Assembly: GCA_000993615.1 (NCBI GenBank)
Contig: LBWM01000004.1
Location: 23,810-87,809 of the forward strand
DNA from: Candidatus Peregrinibacteria bacterium GW2011_GWF2_39_17
Lineage (GTDB): Bacteria > Patescibacteriota > Gracilibacteria > UBA1369 > UBA12473
Length of the DNA stretch: 64,000 nt
Reading direction: 5' to 3'
In this document: piece by piece, positions 17,875-28,684 of the stretch
Layout of the letters: each line of letters opens with the position of its first letter
Numbering within the stretch: the stretch's first letter is position 1
The notes under the pieces: generated by a model
Seen by the model: the letters and a program-made list of their open reading frames with translations, nothing else
Database searches by the model: none
Told to the model about the DNA's origin: nothing
Position numbers and translations under genes: made by a program

Positions 17875-18594
17875 ATGCCTAACCCCCCTGATGCCCATCA
17901 AAATTATAATCCCAAATTACCCACAACCTTACTAACGAAGCTAGAAACTAATCAAGGTAAGACTGTTTATGTGGAATACGAAGGGAAAATATGGATGGGT
18001 TCAATTCGCAGGTATGAATCTAGCTTTGAGGTTTATTTCCGATCAGATGATCTGCAAAGGATGGTAAGCTTTGGATATTATCCAAATAATAATGAGAAGT
18101 TTATTAACGCAGAACCATCAGTACCTGACGCAATTGCCTTTGTTGAAAATTTCCAGCCAGTCCAACCAACTGACCCAAGAATTTCAAATATAACAGAAAT
18201 ACAAGGATCTTTTGAGACACAAAAAAGAATCCTGCCTCCTAATCTCCTGGAAAAAATAAGCGCTAATACAGGTCAAAATATCTTTTTAAAGTACGAAAAT
18301 GATGTATGGATAGCAACAATTACAACATTCCCAAACGCTGACGACTTCTCCTTTAGCGCAACTCCACCTGACCGAAGAACTTCTCCAATCGATTTTCAAT
18401 ATATTCCTTCACTCGGTGGAATTATTAAAGAAAGCCCAAATCTTTCCACGGTGCTGCTTTTTATTCATGGTTTCGAACTAGCCAACGAATCAGAAATAAA
18501 CCAGACCATGTCTGATTTCCGAAAAGGAGCTGCCCAAATAATCGGCAACTTACAACAGGAAAACCCCCTCCCGCTTACTCACCAGTTAAGCTAA
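17875..18594 (+). CDS. Hypothetical protein with an internal duplication
   Basis: 239 aa; LPTTLLTKLETNQGKTVYVEYEGKIW vs LPPNLLEKISANTGQNIFLKYENDVW. Confidence 0.7.
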   Translation: MPNPPDAHQNYNPKLPTTLLTKLETNQGKTVYVEYEGKIWMGSIRRYESSFEVYFRSDDLQRMVSFGYYPNNNEKFINAEPSVPDAIAFVENFQPVQPTDPRISNITEIQGSFETQKRILPPNLLEKISANTGQNIFLKYENDVWIATITTFPNADDFSFSATPPDRRTSPIDFQYIPSLGGIIKESPNLSTVLLFIHGFELANESEINQTMSDFRKGAAQIIGNLQQENPLPLTHQLS

Positions 18595-18673
18595 TCCCGT
18601 TTAAAATTTTTCGAAACCTAAAAAACATCCTGTATACTTCTTAGTAGAAAGCTACGCTTAATTTTAGTTACCT

Positions 18674-21070
18674 ATGTACCTCGCTCTCGACCTCGAAACC
18701 ACCGGACTTGACCCGACAAACGACAAAATAATTGAAATTGCCCTCATAAAATTTAAACCTGATGGCACCATCGTTGATGAATTTCAAAGTCTTTTTAATC
18801 CTCAAATCCCAATTCCTCCCTTTATTCAAAACCTCACTAAAATTAGCAATGACAATGTTCAAAACGCTCCTTTATTTCAAGAATTAGCTAATCAAATCCA
18901 AAATTTCATTGGTGATTTACCAATTCTAGGCCACTCAGTTAAATTCGACATTTCTTTTTTGCAGGCTAATGGCCTTACCCTTCCAAATCAAATTCTGGAT
19001 ACTTTTCATCTAGCACAAACCCTCCTGCCTGACGAAAAATCCTATAGCTTAGAAATTCTCAGCGAAAAATACGGCCTAACTCACGAAAGCAAACACCGTG
19101 CCCTTGATGACACTCGCGTGACCATCGAACTCTATCAACTATTGCTTCAAAAAATCAGAGAAATTCCTTTTCAAAATATTGCAGCCATCAAACAAATTAT
19201 CTATAAATCAAATTGGGCATGGAAAGACACTTTTTTAACCCACCTTCCTTCAAAAAAATTCAAAATCAGAGAAAAAGAAAAAAATAACCTCACTACCACC
19301 TCTCACCATCTCGCATTTAAAAATTCTGTTTTCCAAACCACACTGAAAAACCAACTTTCTTCTGGGATGGATGCTCTTATTGAAAATTCAGCTTACTCAC
19401 TAGAAGAAATCCTACCCACGCTTGCTGATTTTTGCGAACAATCCGGAGAAAAATATCTTATCGCCACCCCGAATCCAGACAAAATCCACCCGGATCCTCG
19501 CCTTGCCAAACTCAGCCATCCTGATTGCTATCTTTGCCCTTATCGTTTCCAAAATTTTCTAACCAAACCTTTTTTCCAAGATTCGGAAACGCGTTTTTTA
19601 ATTAAAATTATAATCTGGAAAAGTTGCACCTCCACAGGCGAAAGAATCGAAATCAGCCTTGGAGAAGAAGAATATGCCACTTGGGATCAAGTATCCGCCT
19701 TAAATCACCTCTACGAAACAACCTGTAACGATAAAAATTGCTTTTACCAAAAAGCTTTTGAGCAAGCTATCAAAAAACCAATTCTTGTGGTGCATCCTTA
19801 TTTATTAATTCAAAGCAGCATCCGAGAAAAACCCCTAATCCCTACTCATCATCGACTTATTATCGACGCCATTGAAGAATTTGAAACTCAAGCCACAAAC
19901 GCCCTTACTATTCATTTTAGTCTGGAATCTTTTACCGGTCTTGCTTCAAATTTTCAATCAACACAAGAGGAATCACCAAATTTTTTTAATTTTGAAATTC
20001 TATTTGGTCTTTTAGGAATTTTCCTAGAAAAATACGCGGATAACGAAGAATATTTTCGCCGACTTATTTTAAATCAATCGCACTATCAAACCATTGAATG
20101 GCAAAAAATCAAAGGCGTACTTCAAAACATCGAAACCAAACTACACGCTCTCAATTCCGAAAATGAAAATCTGGCAATTTTAAAAGCTAAATTTTCCAAT
20201 CTTGAAAAATGTCTCACCCTAAATTCGCACCTCCTTACCTGGATTACTTTGAACTCACGACAAATGCCCATTATTTCTTCTTGCTCAACCCAAATCGGAA
20301 AACTACTTGCCCAAGAATTATGGCCGAAATATCACCCTTTTATTGGCTTAAGTCATTACGGAAGTCTTAACCATAATTTAGAATTCCTAAAACAACGTCT
20401 CCATCTAAACAAAGATCTGCCGGAACTATTACTCGAACCTAAATCAGAAACTTCCCCAATTTCCACTCCTCCTTTTAAGTTAATTATTCACCCCCATCTT
20501 CCCAATATTTACAGCCCCTCAAATCAAACTGAAACTATCAATATCATTAAAGATACACTTCAAAGTAATCTCTCATGCAACTCAAATTTCAATCATTCTT
20601 TTCTCCTGACCAACTCCAAAACCGCCATTGAGCATCTTTATGAATCGTTAGTTAAAATTTTACAGCCACTAAAAATTAACGCTTTAGCCGAAGGAATCAG
20701 TGGCGGCCAAGGAAAAATCGCTCAATTATTTAAAAATACATCTTCAACAACCTTACTAATTGGCACTGAAAAATTCTATCACGCAATTTTGGATCAAAAA
20801 GCCGCCTCAACCTTAACGTTACTTTTCATTCACCGTCTACCTTTTTTACCTATTTCTCATCCGGTACATCAACTTGAATGCCGTAATTTTACTAATGATT
20901 TTACTCAATACACCCTACCCTTAGCCATTTTAAGACTTAAACGTTTTATCTATGAATTTAACACCGCTTGTTCACCACAAAAAATTCAAATCCTGGATCC
21001 ACGTATTGAAAACTATAATGGCCTATTCTTAGAATCCTTCCCTTCTCATCTGAAACCTGTTGCAGGCTGA
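18674..21070 (+). CDS. dinG: DnaQ-family 3'-5' exonuclease fused to a degenerate DinG-like helicase
   Basis: N-terminal DEDDh (ALDLETTG, GHSVKFD, HRALDD); C-terminal DinG remnants (YLC, CFYQKA, RLPF..P, LP.AI.RLK, ILDPRI). Confidence 0.8.
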   Translation: MYLALDLETTGLDPTNDKIIEIALIKFKPDGTIVDEFQSLFNPQIPIPPFIQNLTKISNDNVQNAPLFQELANQIQNFIGDLPILGHSVKFDISFLQANGLTLPNQILDTFHLAQTLLPDEKSYSLEILSEKYGLTHESKHRALDDTRVTIELYQLLLQKIREIPFQNIAAIKQIIYKSNWAWKDTFLTHLPSKKFKIREKEKNNLTTTSHHLAFKNSVFQTTLKNQLSSGMDALIENSAYSLEEILPTLADFCEQSGEKYLIATPNPDKIHPDPRLAKLSHPDCYLCPYRFQNFLTKPFFQDSETRFLIKIIIWKSCTSTGERIEISLGEEEYATWDQVSALNHLYETTCNDKNCFYQKAFEQAIKKPILVVHPYLLIQSSIREKPLIPTHHRLIIDAIEEFETQATNALTIHFSLESFTGLASNFQSTQEESPNFFNFEILFGLLGIFLEKYADNEEYFRRLILNQSHYQTIEWQKIKGVLQNIETKLHALNSENENLAILKAKFSNLEKCLTLNSHLLTWITLNSRQMPIISSCSTQIGKLLAQELWPKYHPFIGLSHYGSLNHNLEFLKQRLHLNKDLPELLLEPKSETSPISTPPFKLIIHPHLPNIYSPSNQTETINIIKDTLQSNLSCNSNFNHSFLLTNSKTAIEHLYESLVKILQPLKINALAEGISGGQGKIAQLFKNTSSTTLLIGTEKFYHAILDQKAASTLTLLFIHRLPFLPISHPVHQLECRNFTNDFTQYTLPLAILRLKRFIYEFNTACSPQKIQILDPRIENYNGLFLESFPSHLKPVAG

Positions 21071-21244
21071 ACAAAAGGCTACTTTAAAGGAGTATAATTC
21101 CAATCTCTATCAACAAACAGTCAAGAGCAATCGCTCCCCAAAGCGCTTTTTTTAATTTTGAGCCTTGATTTTTTTCCCAGTGCTCATTAAAGTATTTTCG
21201 CCTGCACGAGAAATTAAATTTCTCTGTTTTTTAGCAAAACTTTC

Positions 21245-21469
21245 ATGGATCCTCTAGCCCAAAAAAAAATACAAGTATTTTTCCAATCTTCCACCATTAC
21301 CTTAATTATGATTGGCATTATGGGTGGAATAGGCTATCTACTGGATCGTGCTCTCCATACTGGCCATCTCCTGTTAATCATCGGAATTGTTATTTCCTAC
21401 CCCCTTACGCAATTGTATCTCTACCGCAAATTTAAACCGCCCAAAAACCCAAAAATTTCTAAATTATGA
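21245..21469 (+). CDS. atpI: AtpZ/AtpI family membrane protein
   Basis: Two TM helices with GYLLD motif; first gene of the atp operon. Confidence 0.75.
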   Translation: MDPLAQKKIQVFFQSSTITLIMIGIMGGIGYLLDRALHTGHLLLIIGIVISYPLTQLYLYRKFKPPKNPKISKL

Positions 21470-22248
21470 CTATTCCTGAAATCCATGTCGCTCCTCAAGT
21501 TTTTTGGACTATCGGCCCTTTTGAAATTTCTCCACCAATTATTACCGCTTTGATTGTATCCTTAATTTTAATTACTCTAGCGATCATTGTTCGCGTCAAA
21601 ATCTCCCTAATTCCGAACCGGCTACAATTAATTTTTGAAATGCTAATCAGCTATTTTTTAGATCAATTAATTATCGCCACCGGATCACGAAAAAGGGCCC
21701 TAAAATTATTACCGTTTGTGGCTACTATTTTTTTATTCCTAGTTATCGCTAATCAATTTACTTTAATCCCTTTTGTAAGCAGTATCGTCCTAGGAGAAGT
21801 ATTACTATTCAAAGTTCCTGCGGCTCACTACAGCTTACCAATCGCCCTTATTATAATGGGGCTGGGCACTGCCCATATTTTAGCCTTCCTCTTTCATCCG
21901 ATTCGATATATTGGAAATTATATTAAAATTGCTGGCTTATTTAAAGCACGCAGCTTTAAAGATTTTTTCATGGCCGGAATTGATTTCTTCCTGGGGTTAA
22001 TGGATATTGTCGGAGAACTGGCTAAATTTATTTCAGTCTCAACTCGTCTTTTTGGTAATTTATTCGCTGGCGAAATTGTAGTGGGAATTATTTCTGGATT
22101 ATTATTTATTACTCAATTTGTAGTCCCTATCCCTTTTATTGTCTTAGGTATTCTTTCCGGGTTAGTACAAGCCTTTGTCTTCACAACTCTAACTATGATT
22201 TTTATGAGCTCAACCCTAAATAGCGTTAGGCGCGCCGAAGAATATTAA
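21466..22248 (+). CDS. atpB: ATP synthase Fo subunit a
   Basis: PNRLQ, STRLFGNLFAGE with the essential Arg, VQAFVF. Confidence 0.95.
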   Translation: MTIPEIHVAPQVFWTIGPFEISPPIITALIVSLILITLAIIVRVKISLIPNRLQLIFEMLISYFLDQLIIATGSRKRALKLLPFVATIFLFLVIANQFTLIPFVSSIVLGEVLLFKVPAAHYSLPIALIIMGLGTAHILAFLFHPIRYIGNYIKIAGLFKARSFKDFFMAGIDFFLGLMDIVGELAKFISVSTRLFGNLFAGEIVVGIISGLLFITQFVVPIPFIVLGILSGLVQAFVFTTLTMIFMSSTLNSVRRAEEY

Positions 22249-22297
22249 CCTATTTTTTACTAATTCTTATTATTTATCTTTTTAACCCCTTATCCAC

Positions 22298-22528
22298 ATG
22301 GATGCAGAAACATTTAAACTTTTAGCCGCTGGACTTTGTATGGGTCTAGGTGCTATTGGGCCAGCTATCGGTGAAGGCTATATCGGAGGTAAGGCCATGG
22401 AAGCCATGGGAAGAAATCCCCAAATGGCTGACAAAATTTTTACAAATATGATCGTGGCAGACGCAATTGCTGAATCCACTGGTATTTATTCACTCGTGGT
22501 TGCCCTGATTATTCTCTTCGTTGTCTAA
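22298..22528 (+). CDS. atpE: ATP synthase Fo subunit c (Na+-type signature)
   Basis: GPAIGEG...RNP...AESTGIY. Confidence 0.96.
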   Translation: MDAETFKLLAAGLCMGLGAIGPAIGEGYIGGKAMEAMGRNPQMADKIFTNMIVADAIAESTGIYSLVVALIILFVV

Positions 22529-22552
22529 TTATTTTTCTTTTCCCTATTATTT

Positions 22553-23059
22553 ATGGCGGACCAATTTAAACAACTCGGTATCGATCTTTGGAGTATAGTG
22601 CTATACATGGCTAACACTGGCGTTGTCTTAGTAATTCTTTTTTATTTTCTTTATAAGCCAATTCTAAAAACCCTAGACCAACGCCGAAAAAACATTGCCG
22701 ACAGTATTGAAGAAGCTAATCTTCTTCGCAATGAATTTGAAAAAAAGTTAAAGAAAACAGAACAAGAAAAAGAAAAAACCGAACAAGAACTGCGCCAAGA
22801 AATGGTCAAAATGAAAAAAATGATTGAAGAAAAAAGAACAGAATTAATTGAAGAAATGGAAATTGTGCGCACTGACATGCTTCACAAATCACAAGAAGAA
22901 ATCGATAAACGGAAAAAGTCACTCATCAAAGAAGTGGAACAAGAAATAACTCAAACTATGACCCGTATTATTTTGGATATTGTCCAAAATAAAGTGCCCG
23001 AAACAGTGGTTAAAGAAAGTATTACGGACTCTTGGAAGGAATATAAAATCAAAAACTAA
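22553..23059 (+). CDS. atpF: ATP synthase Fo subunit b
   Basis: N-terminal TM helix, FLYKPILKTLDQR, coiled coil. Confidence 0.93.
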   Translation: MADQFKQLGIDLWSIVLYMANTGVVLVILFYFLYKPILKTLDQRRKNIADSIEEANLLRNEFEKKLKKTEQEKEKTEQELRQEMVKMKKMIEEKRTELIEEMEIVRTDMLHKSQEEIDKRKKSLIKEVEQEITQTMTRIILDIVQNKVPETVVKESITDSWKEYKIKN

Positions 23060-23742
23060 TGATTTTCAAAAATCTTATCGCAGCCGTGCTCTATGAGATG
23101 ATTAATTTTATTTTGAAACATCAAGATTTTTTCGAAAAACCAACTAATTCCAGAAAACAAATAATTGATCAAACTGAGCTCCCTCATCCCTTCAAGGTTT
23201 ATTTAGAACAAGTTGAAGGAGCTCAATTTATCTTAGACCTCAAACTTATTTTGAGCTTTCTAAAAAACCCACCTAAAACCAAAATCCAAAATCATCCTTT
23301 TTTTAATGCTCTCTGTGAATTATTTGCGCACTCTTTTTCTATTCGACTAGATTTAATGAGTGACTATGCCACGGCCAAAGAAAATGAACGCCGCGCTGTA
23401 GTTAAAAAACTCATTGCCGTCGAAAATTCCGTAGGGAAAGCCCTTAAAAAATTACTACTCAATAACTCCTATCAGGAATTATCAAATGCCATTCAAGCCC
23501 TATGCCAAAAAACCTGGGGCAATACCTATACGCTTTTACAATTCCCTTGCTCCATCAACCCGGAACTTAAAAAAGAAATCCGTGGAGAATTACGCCAAAC
23601 CGATTCCACTCTTTTCCCTATTTTTCAAGTAAATCGCCAACTCATAGGTGGTTTCAGAATTTTCAAAGGTGGTAAAACCACTGATTATTCTTGGATTCGC
23701 AAAGTCCTTAAGCTTAAAAATTACGCCTCAAAAGGCATCTAA
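23059..23742 (+). CDS. atpH: ATP synthase F1 subunit delta (divergent, extended)
   Basis: Operon position; C-terminal VNRQLIGGFRI...DYS motif. Confidence 0.75.
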   Translation: MIFKNLIAAVLYEMINFILKHQDFFEKPTNSRKQIIDQTELPHPFKVYLEQVEGAQFILDLKLILSFLKNPPKTKIQNHPFFNALCELFAHSFSIRLDLMSDYATAKENERRAVVKKLIAVENSVGKALKKLLLNNSYQELSNAIQALCQKTWGNTYTLLQFPCSINPELKKEIRGELRQTDSTLFPIFQVNRQLIGGFRIFKGGKTTDYSWIRKVLKLKNYASKGI

Positions 23743-23783
23743 ATTCATCTAATAATTTTCCATTTAATTTAAACCCTTATTCT

Positions 23784-25298
23784 ATGGCCCAAGACACCGC
23801 TATCCTACGCACCTTTTTAGAAGACCTTGAATCCGCTATTAAAAAAACGCAACTGGGAGGTGACGAAAAAGACCTCAATCAGGGGATTATTCAATCATAC
23901 AAAGATGGTGTAATCCAAATTCAAGGCTTGGATGGACTGCGCATGAACGAAGTGGTTACCATTGAAGGCATTGAAACTCAAGCCCTAGTCATGAACCTTG
24001 AAAAAGACAAAGTTTTTGCTTTAGTCTTACAGCCAAACGATGCCATCCGCGAAGGATTATTTGTAAAATCAACTGATCTATTTTTATCAATCCCGGTTGG
24101 TGAAGAAATTATTGGACGCGTAGTCGACCCTTTAGGAACCCCCTTAGATGGAAAAGGAAACTATAAAGCGGAGAAACAAATGCCTCTTGAAAACGAAGCA
24201 CCAAATGTTATGGTTCGTAAATCAGTTCATCAACCGGTGCAAACCGGCATTGTGGCCATCGACTCTTTGGTGCCAATTGGAAGAGGACAACGCGAATTAA
24301 TTATTGGGGATCGTCAAACCGGTAAAACCACCGTGGCAATTGACACCATCATCAACCAGAAAAAAGAAAACATGATTTGTATTTATGTGGCTGTGGCTCA
24401 ACGAGAATCAAAAACCGCTCAAGTAATTGAAAACCTCAGAGCTAACGGAGCCATGGATTACACGATTATTGTTTCTGCTCCAGCTGCCTCCACTGCTGTT
24501 TTACAATATCTAGCTCCCTATGCTGGCGCTGCAATCGCTGAATATTTTATGGCTAAAGGAAAAGATGTTTTGGTTATTTATGATGATCTTTCTAAACACG
24601 CAGTAGCTTACCGTGAAATGTCACTCTTACTCCGCCGCCCACCTGGGAGAGAAGCCTATCCTGGTGATGTTTTTTACCTCCATAGCCGCCTTCTAGAAAG
24701 AGCTGCCAAACTTAATGACAAAAATGGGGGAGGCAGCATTACCGCTCTACCTATTATTGAAACCCAAGCTAATGACGTTTCCGCTTATATCCCCACTAAT
24801 GTTATTTCCATTACAGACGGCCAGATTTTCCTGGAATCAGACTTATTCAATAAAGGAATTCGTCCCGCGATCAATGTTGGAATTTCCGTTTCCCGGGTAG
24901 GTGGAGCTGCACAAACTAAAATTATTAAAAAAGTTTCCGGAAGTGTAAAATTAGATTTAGCCCAATATTATGAACTAGAAGCTTTTTCCCAATTTGCCTC
25001 TGAATTGGACCAAACCACGAAAGACAAATTGACCCGCGGAAAAAGAGTTGTAGAAGCTCTTAAGCAAAAACAAAATAATCCCTACGCTTTGTGGAAAGAA
25101 GTAGTTGTGCTTTATATCGCTACTAATGGTTACTTGGATTCAATTACAGAAATTAAAGTTGGCGAAAAAATAGAATCCCTCCTTGCCTTAATTGAATCTA
25201 GCCATCGAGATCTTGTTGATGAAATTCAAGAGAAAAAAGAATTTAGCGAAAAAATAGAAACCATGCTCAAAGAAATTCTAAATAACTTTTTTAAATAA
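23784..25298 (+). CDS. atpA: ATP synthase F1 subunit alpha
   Basis: GRGQRELIIGDRQTGKT, PPGREAYPGDVFYLHSRLLERA. Confidence 0.98.
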   Translation: MAQDTAILRTFLEDLESAIKKTQLGGDEKDLNQGIIQSYKDGVIQIQGLDGLRMNEVVTIEGIETQALVMNLEKDKVFALVLQPNDAIREGLFVKSTDLFLSIPVGEEIIGRVVDPLGTPLDGKGNYKAEKQMPLENEAPNVMVRKSVHQPVQTGIVAIDSLVPIGRGQRELIIGDRQTGKTTVAIDTIINQKKENMICIYVAVAQRESKTAQVIENLRANGAMDYTIIVSAPAASTAVLQYLAPYAGAAIAEYFMAKGKDVLVIYDDLSKHAVAYREMSLLLRRPPGREAYPGDVFYLHSRLLERAAKLNDKNGGGSITALPIIETQANDVSAYIPTNVISITDGQIFLESDLFNKGIRPAINVGISVSRVGGAAQTKIIKKVSGSVKLDLAQYYELEAFSQFASELDQTTKDKLTRGKRVVEALKQKQNNPYALWKEVVVLYIATNGYLDSITEIKVGEKIESLLALIESSHRDLVDEIQEKKEFSEKIETMLKEILNNFFK

Positions 25299-25307
25299 TT
25301 ATTCCTT

Positions 25308-26225
25308 ATGTCCGGTGCCCTTCTTGAAATTCGCAAAAAAATTGGCGGCGTAAAAAATACGCGCACCATTACCAAAGCCATGCAAATGGTTGCCGCTAGT
25401 AAAATGCGCCAATTCCAAAAACGCGCTATTTCCACCAGGGGATACGTTCAAGATTTATTAGCTATTTTAGCAAAAAACCTCACTACTCAAGAATCAACAA
25501 TTTACACAGAGAAAAGAAACCACGGCGCCACTTTATTTGTTCTTTATACCTCAGATAAAGGACTTTGCGGACCTTTAAATAATAAAATAATTAATGCCCT
25601 TTTTCGTTCCAAAAAATGGCTAGAAACTCCTTTAGATCAACGAAAACTCCTAACTATCGGCAAAAAAAGCTATGATTACGCCAAAACCAATAAAATTCCG
25701 GTATTAAAACATACCGGCCAAATTCCGGAAAAATTAACTCATCTTGATGCCATTAAAGTAGTCGAAACTATCCTTGAAATTTGGGAAAAAGAAAAAATAA
25801 AAGAAGTAATTTTTGTGGCTCCTCATTATAAAAATTCATTTACTTTTTATCCAATAATCAAAACTTTTCTTCCTTTTTCGCAAAAAACCATTGAAAGCAC
25901 CTTAGGCCCACTTCAGGCCACTCAAGAAAACCCAGAAAATCAAAACAAGCAGTTGGCAAGTAATCACTTTATGATTTTTGCTCCTTCGGAAGAACATGTC
26001 CTCAATAGACTTTATGAGCAATTGGTTCAAAGTTTGTTTATTCAGGCTTTTATGGAACTAAAAGCGTCTGAATATTCTAGTCGTATGATTGCCATGCAAA
26101 ACGCTACCGATGCCGCGGATCGAATTACCAATGATCTAACTTTAGCCTATAACAAAGCTCGCCAAGCTGTTATTACGCAAGAAATTGCCGAACTGCTAGG
26201 TGGAGCAGCCAGTCTTGAAGAATAG
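25308..26225 (+). CDS. atpG: ATP synthase F1 subunit gamma
   Basis: ITKAMQMVAASK, SDKGLCG, SRMIAMQNATD, YNKARQAVITQEI. Confidence 0.98.
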   Translation: MSGALLEIRKKIGGVKNTRTITKAMQMVAASKMRQFQKRAISTRGYVQDLLAILAKNLTTQESTIYTEKRNHGATLFVLYTSDKGLCGPLNNKIINALFRSKKWLETPLDQRKLLTIGKKSYDYAKTNKIPVLKHTGQIPEKLTHLDAIKVVETILEIWEKEKIKEVIFVAPHYKNSFTFYPIIKTFLPFSQKTIESTLGPLQATQENPENQNKQLASNHFMIFAPSEEHVLNRLYEQLVQSLFIQAFMELKASEYSSRMIAMQNATDAADRITNDLTLAYNKARQAVITQEIAELLGGAASLEE

Positions 26226-26256
26226 CTCCACATTTCAAAACTTTTAAAAAATTTAA

Positions 26257-27677
<1,421 letters not shown>

Positions 27678-27678
<1 letters not shown>

Positions 27679-28112
27679 TGTCTCTATCGCCCACTTTTAA
27701 ATTAAATATTCGCACCCCAGACCAAAAAATCTACGAAAATGAGGCTCGCTCCATTTCGTTAAATTCTGATGACGGCCAAATGCAAATTTTTGCCAATCAT
27801 GCTTCCTTAACCACTAGCATCACTTTTTCCAAAATTGTAGTCACCGAAGAAAATGTAGAGGAAATTTTTATGGTTCGAAATGGGATGCTTTTTATTAACA
27901 ATCAGGAAAACACCGCTATTTTGCTAGCTCTATATTGCCAAAAACAATCAGAAGTAAGTCATCAAACTTCTAAAGAATATCTTGAATTCCTCGAAAAACA
28001 ACTTCACGACGGATCCGACCTAAGTGAATTTCAAATTCTTTATTTGGAAGGAGAAAAGCTGGCCGTGGAGCAACAACTTGTGGGAATGGGGAACAATCCT
28101 TTGGCCAAATAG
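27678..28112 (+). CDS. atpC: ATP synthase F1 subunit epsilon
   Basis: LNIRTPD, GQMQIFANHA; last gene of the operon. Confidence 0.88.
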
Positions 28113-28161
28113 CTTTTTAGAATTCCGGAAAGCTCGGGGCTGTGAGAATATGCCTCCATCT

Positions 28162-28629
28162 TTAATGGCTTCCCGGTCTTCTATTAGCATTAAATTCAGC
28201 TCTTTCTGTGGAAGTAAGCCTACAGTAGTCACCTAAAACACCATCCGGCATATTTGGAAAAACATTTCTTCCATCACCTGGCGGAATTACTGCGCAACTT
28301 TTCTCCCAGATAGTACGAGAAACCTTACTTATTTTTTCGACTGCACTAAAACAAATATCTAAAGCCTCAAATCTAGCTTCATCTGTTGGAAAAATAGGAG
28401 TTACCTCTCCTACCTTCTTAGTGTTACTAACAAGTACACAATTGCGAATGCCCCTTTCTGGAGATGCTGCTGCCCTAGGATCCATAACTTCGGTAATACG
28501 AACAGCAGTCTGCCCACTGTTTTGTTGTATTGAGTCAGGCGGTTCTGCTAAAACAGGACTGGGAGTAGCCATAATTAAAGCCGCTGAAGCCAAAGCCATA
28601 CGGCCGAATGATGGTAATGATAATTTCAT
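28162..28629 (-). CDS. Hypothetical secreted protein
   Basis: Signal-peptide-like N terminus (ALASAALIMATPSPVLA); four Cys. Confidence 0.65.
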   Translation of the reverse strand: MKLSLPSFGRMALASAALIMATPSPVLAEPPDSIQQNSGQTAVRITEVMDPRAAASPERGIRNCVLVSNTKKVGEVTPIFPTDEARFEALDICFSAVEKISKVSRTIWEKSCAVIPPGDGRNVFPNMPDGVLGDYCRLTSTERAEFNANRRPGSH

Positions 28630-28684
28630 AAAAAAGCGTAATTAGGAAAAATTAAAACATTAAATTATAAAAAAGTCAATAGTC

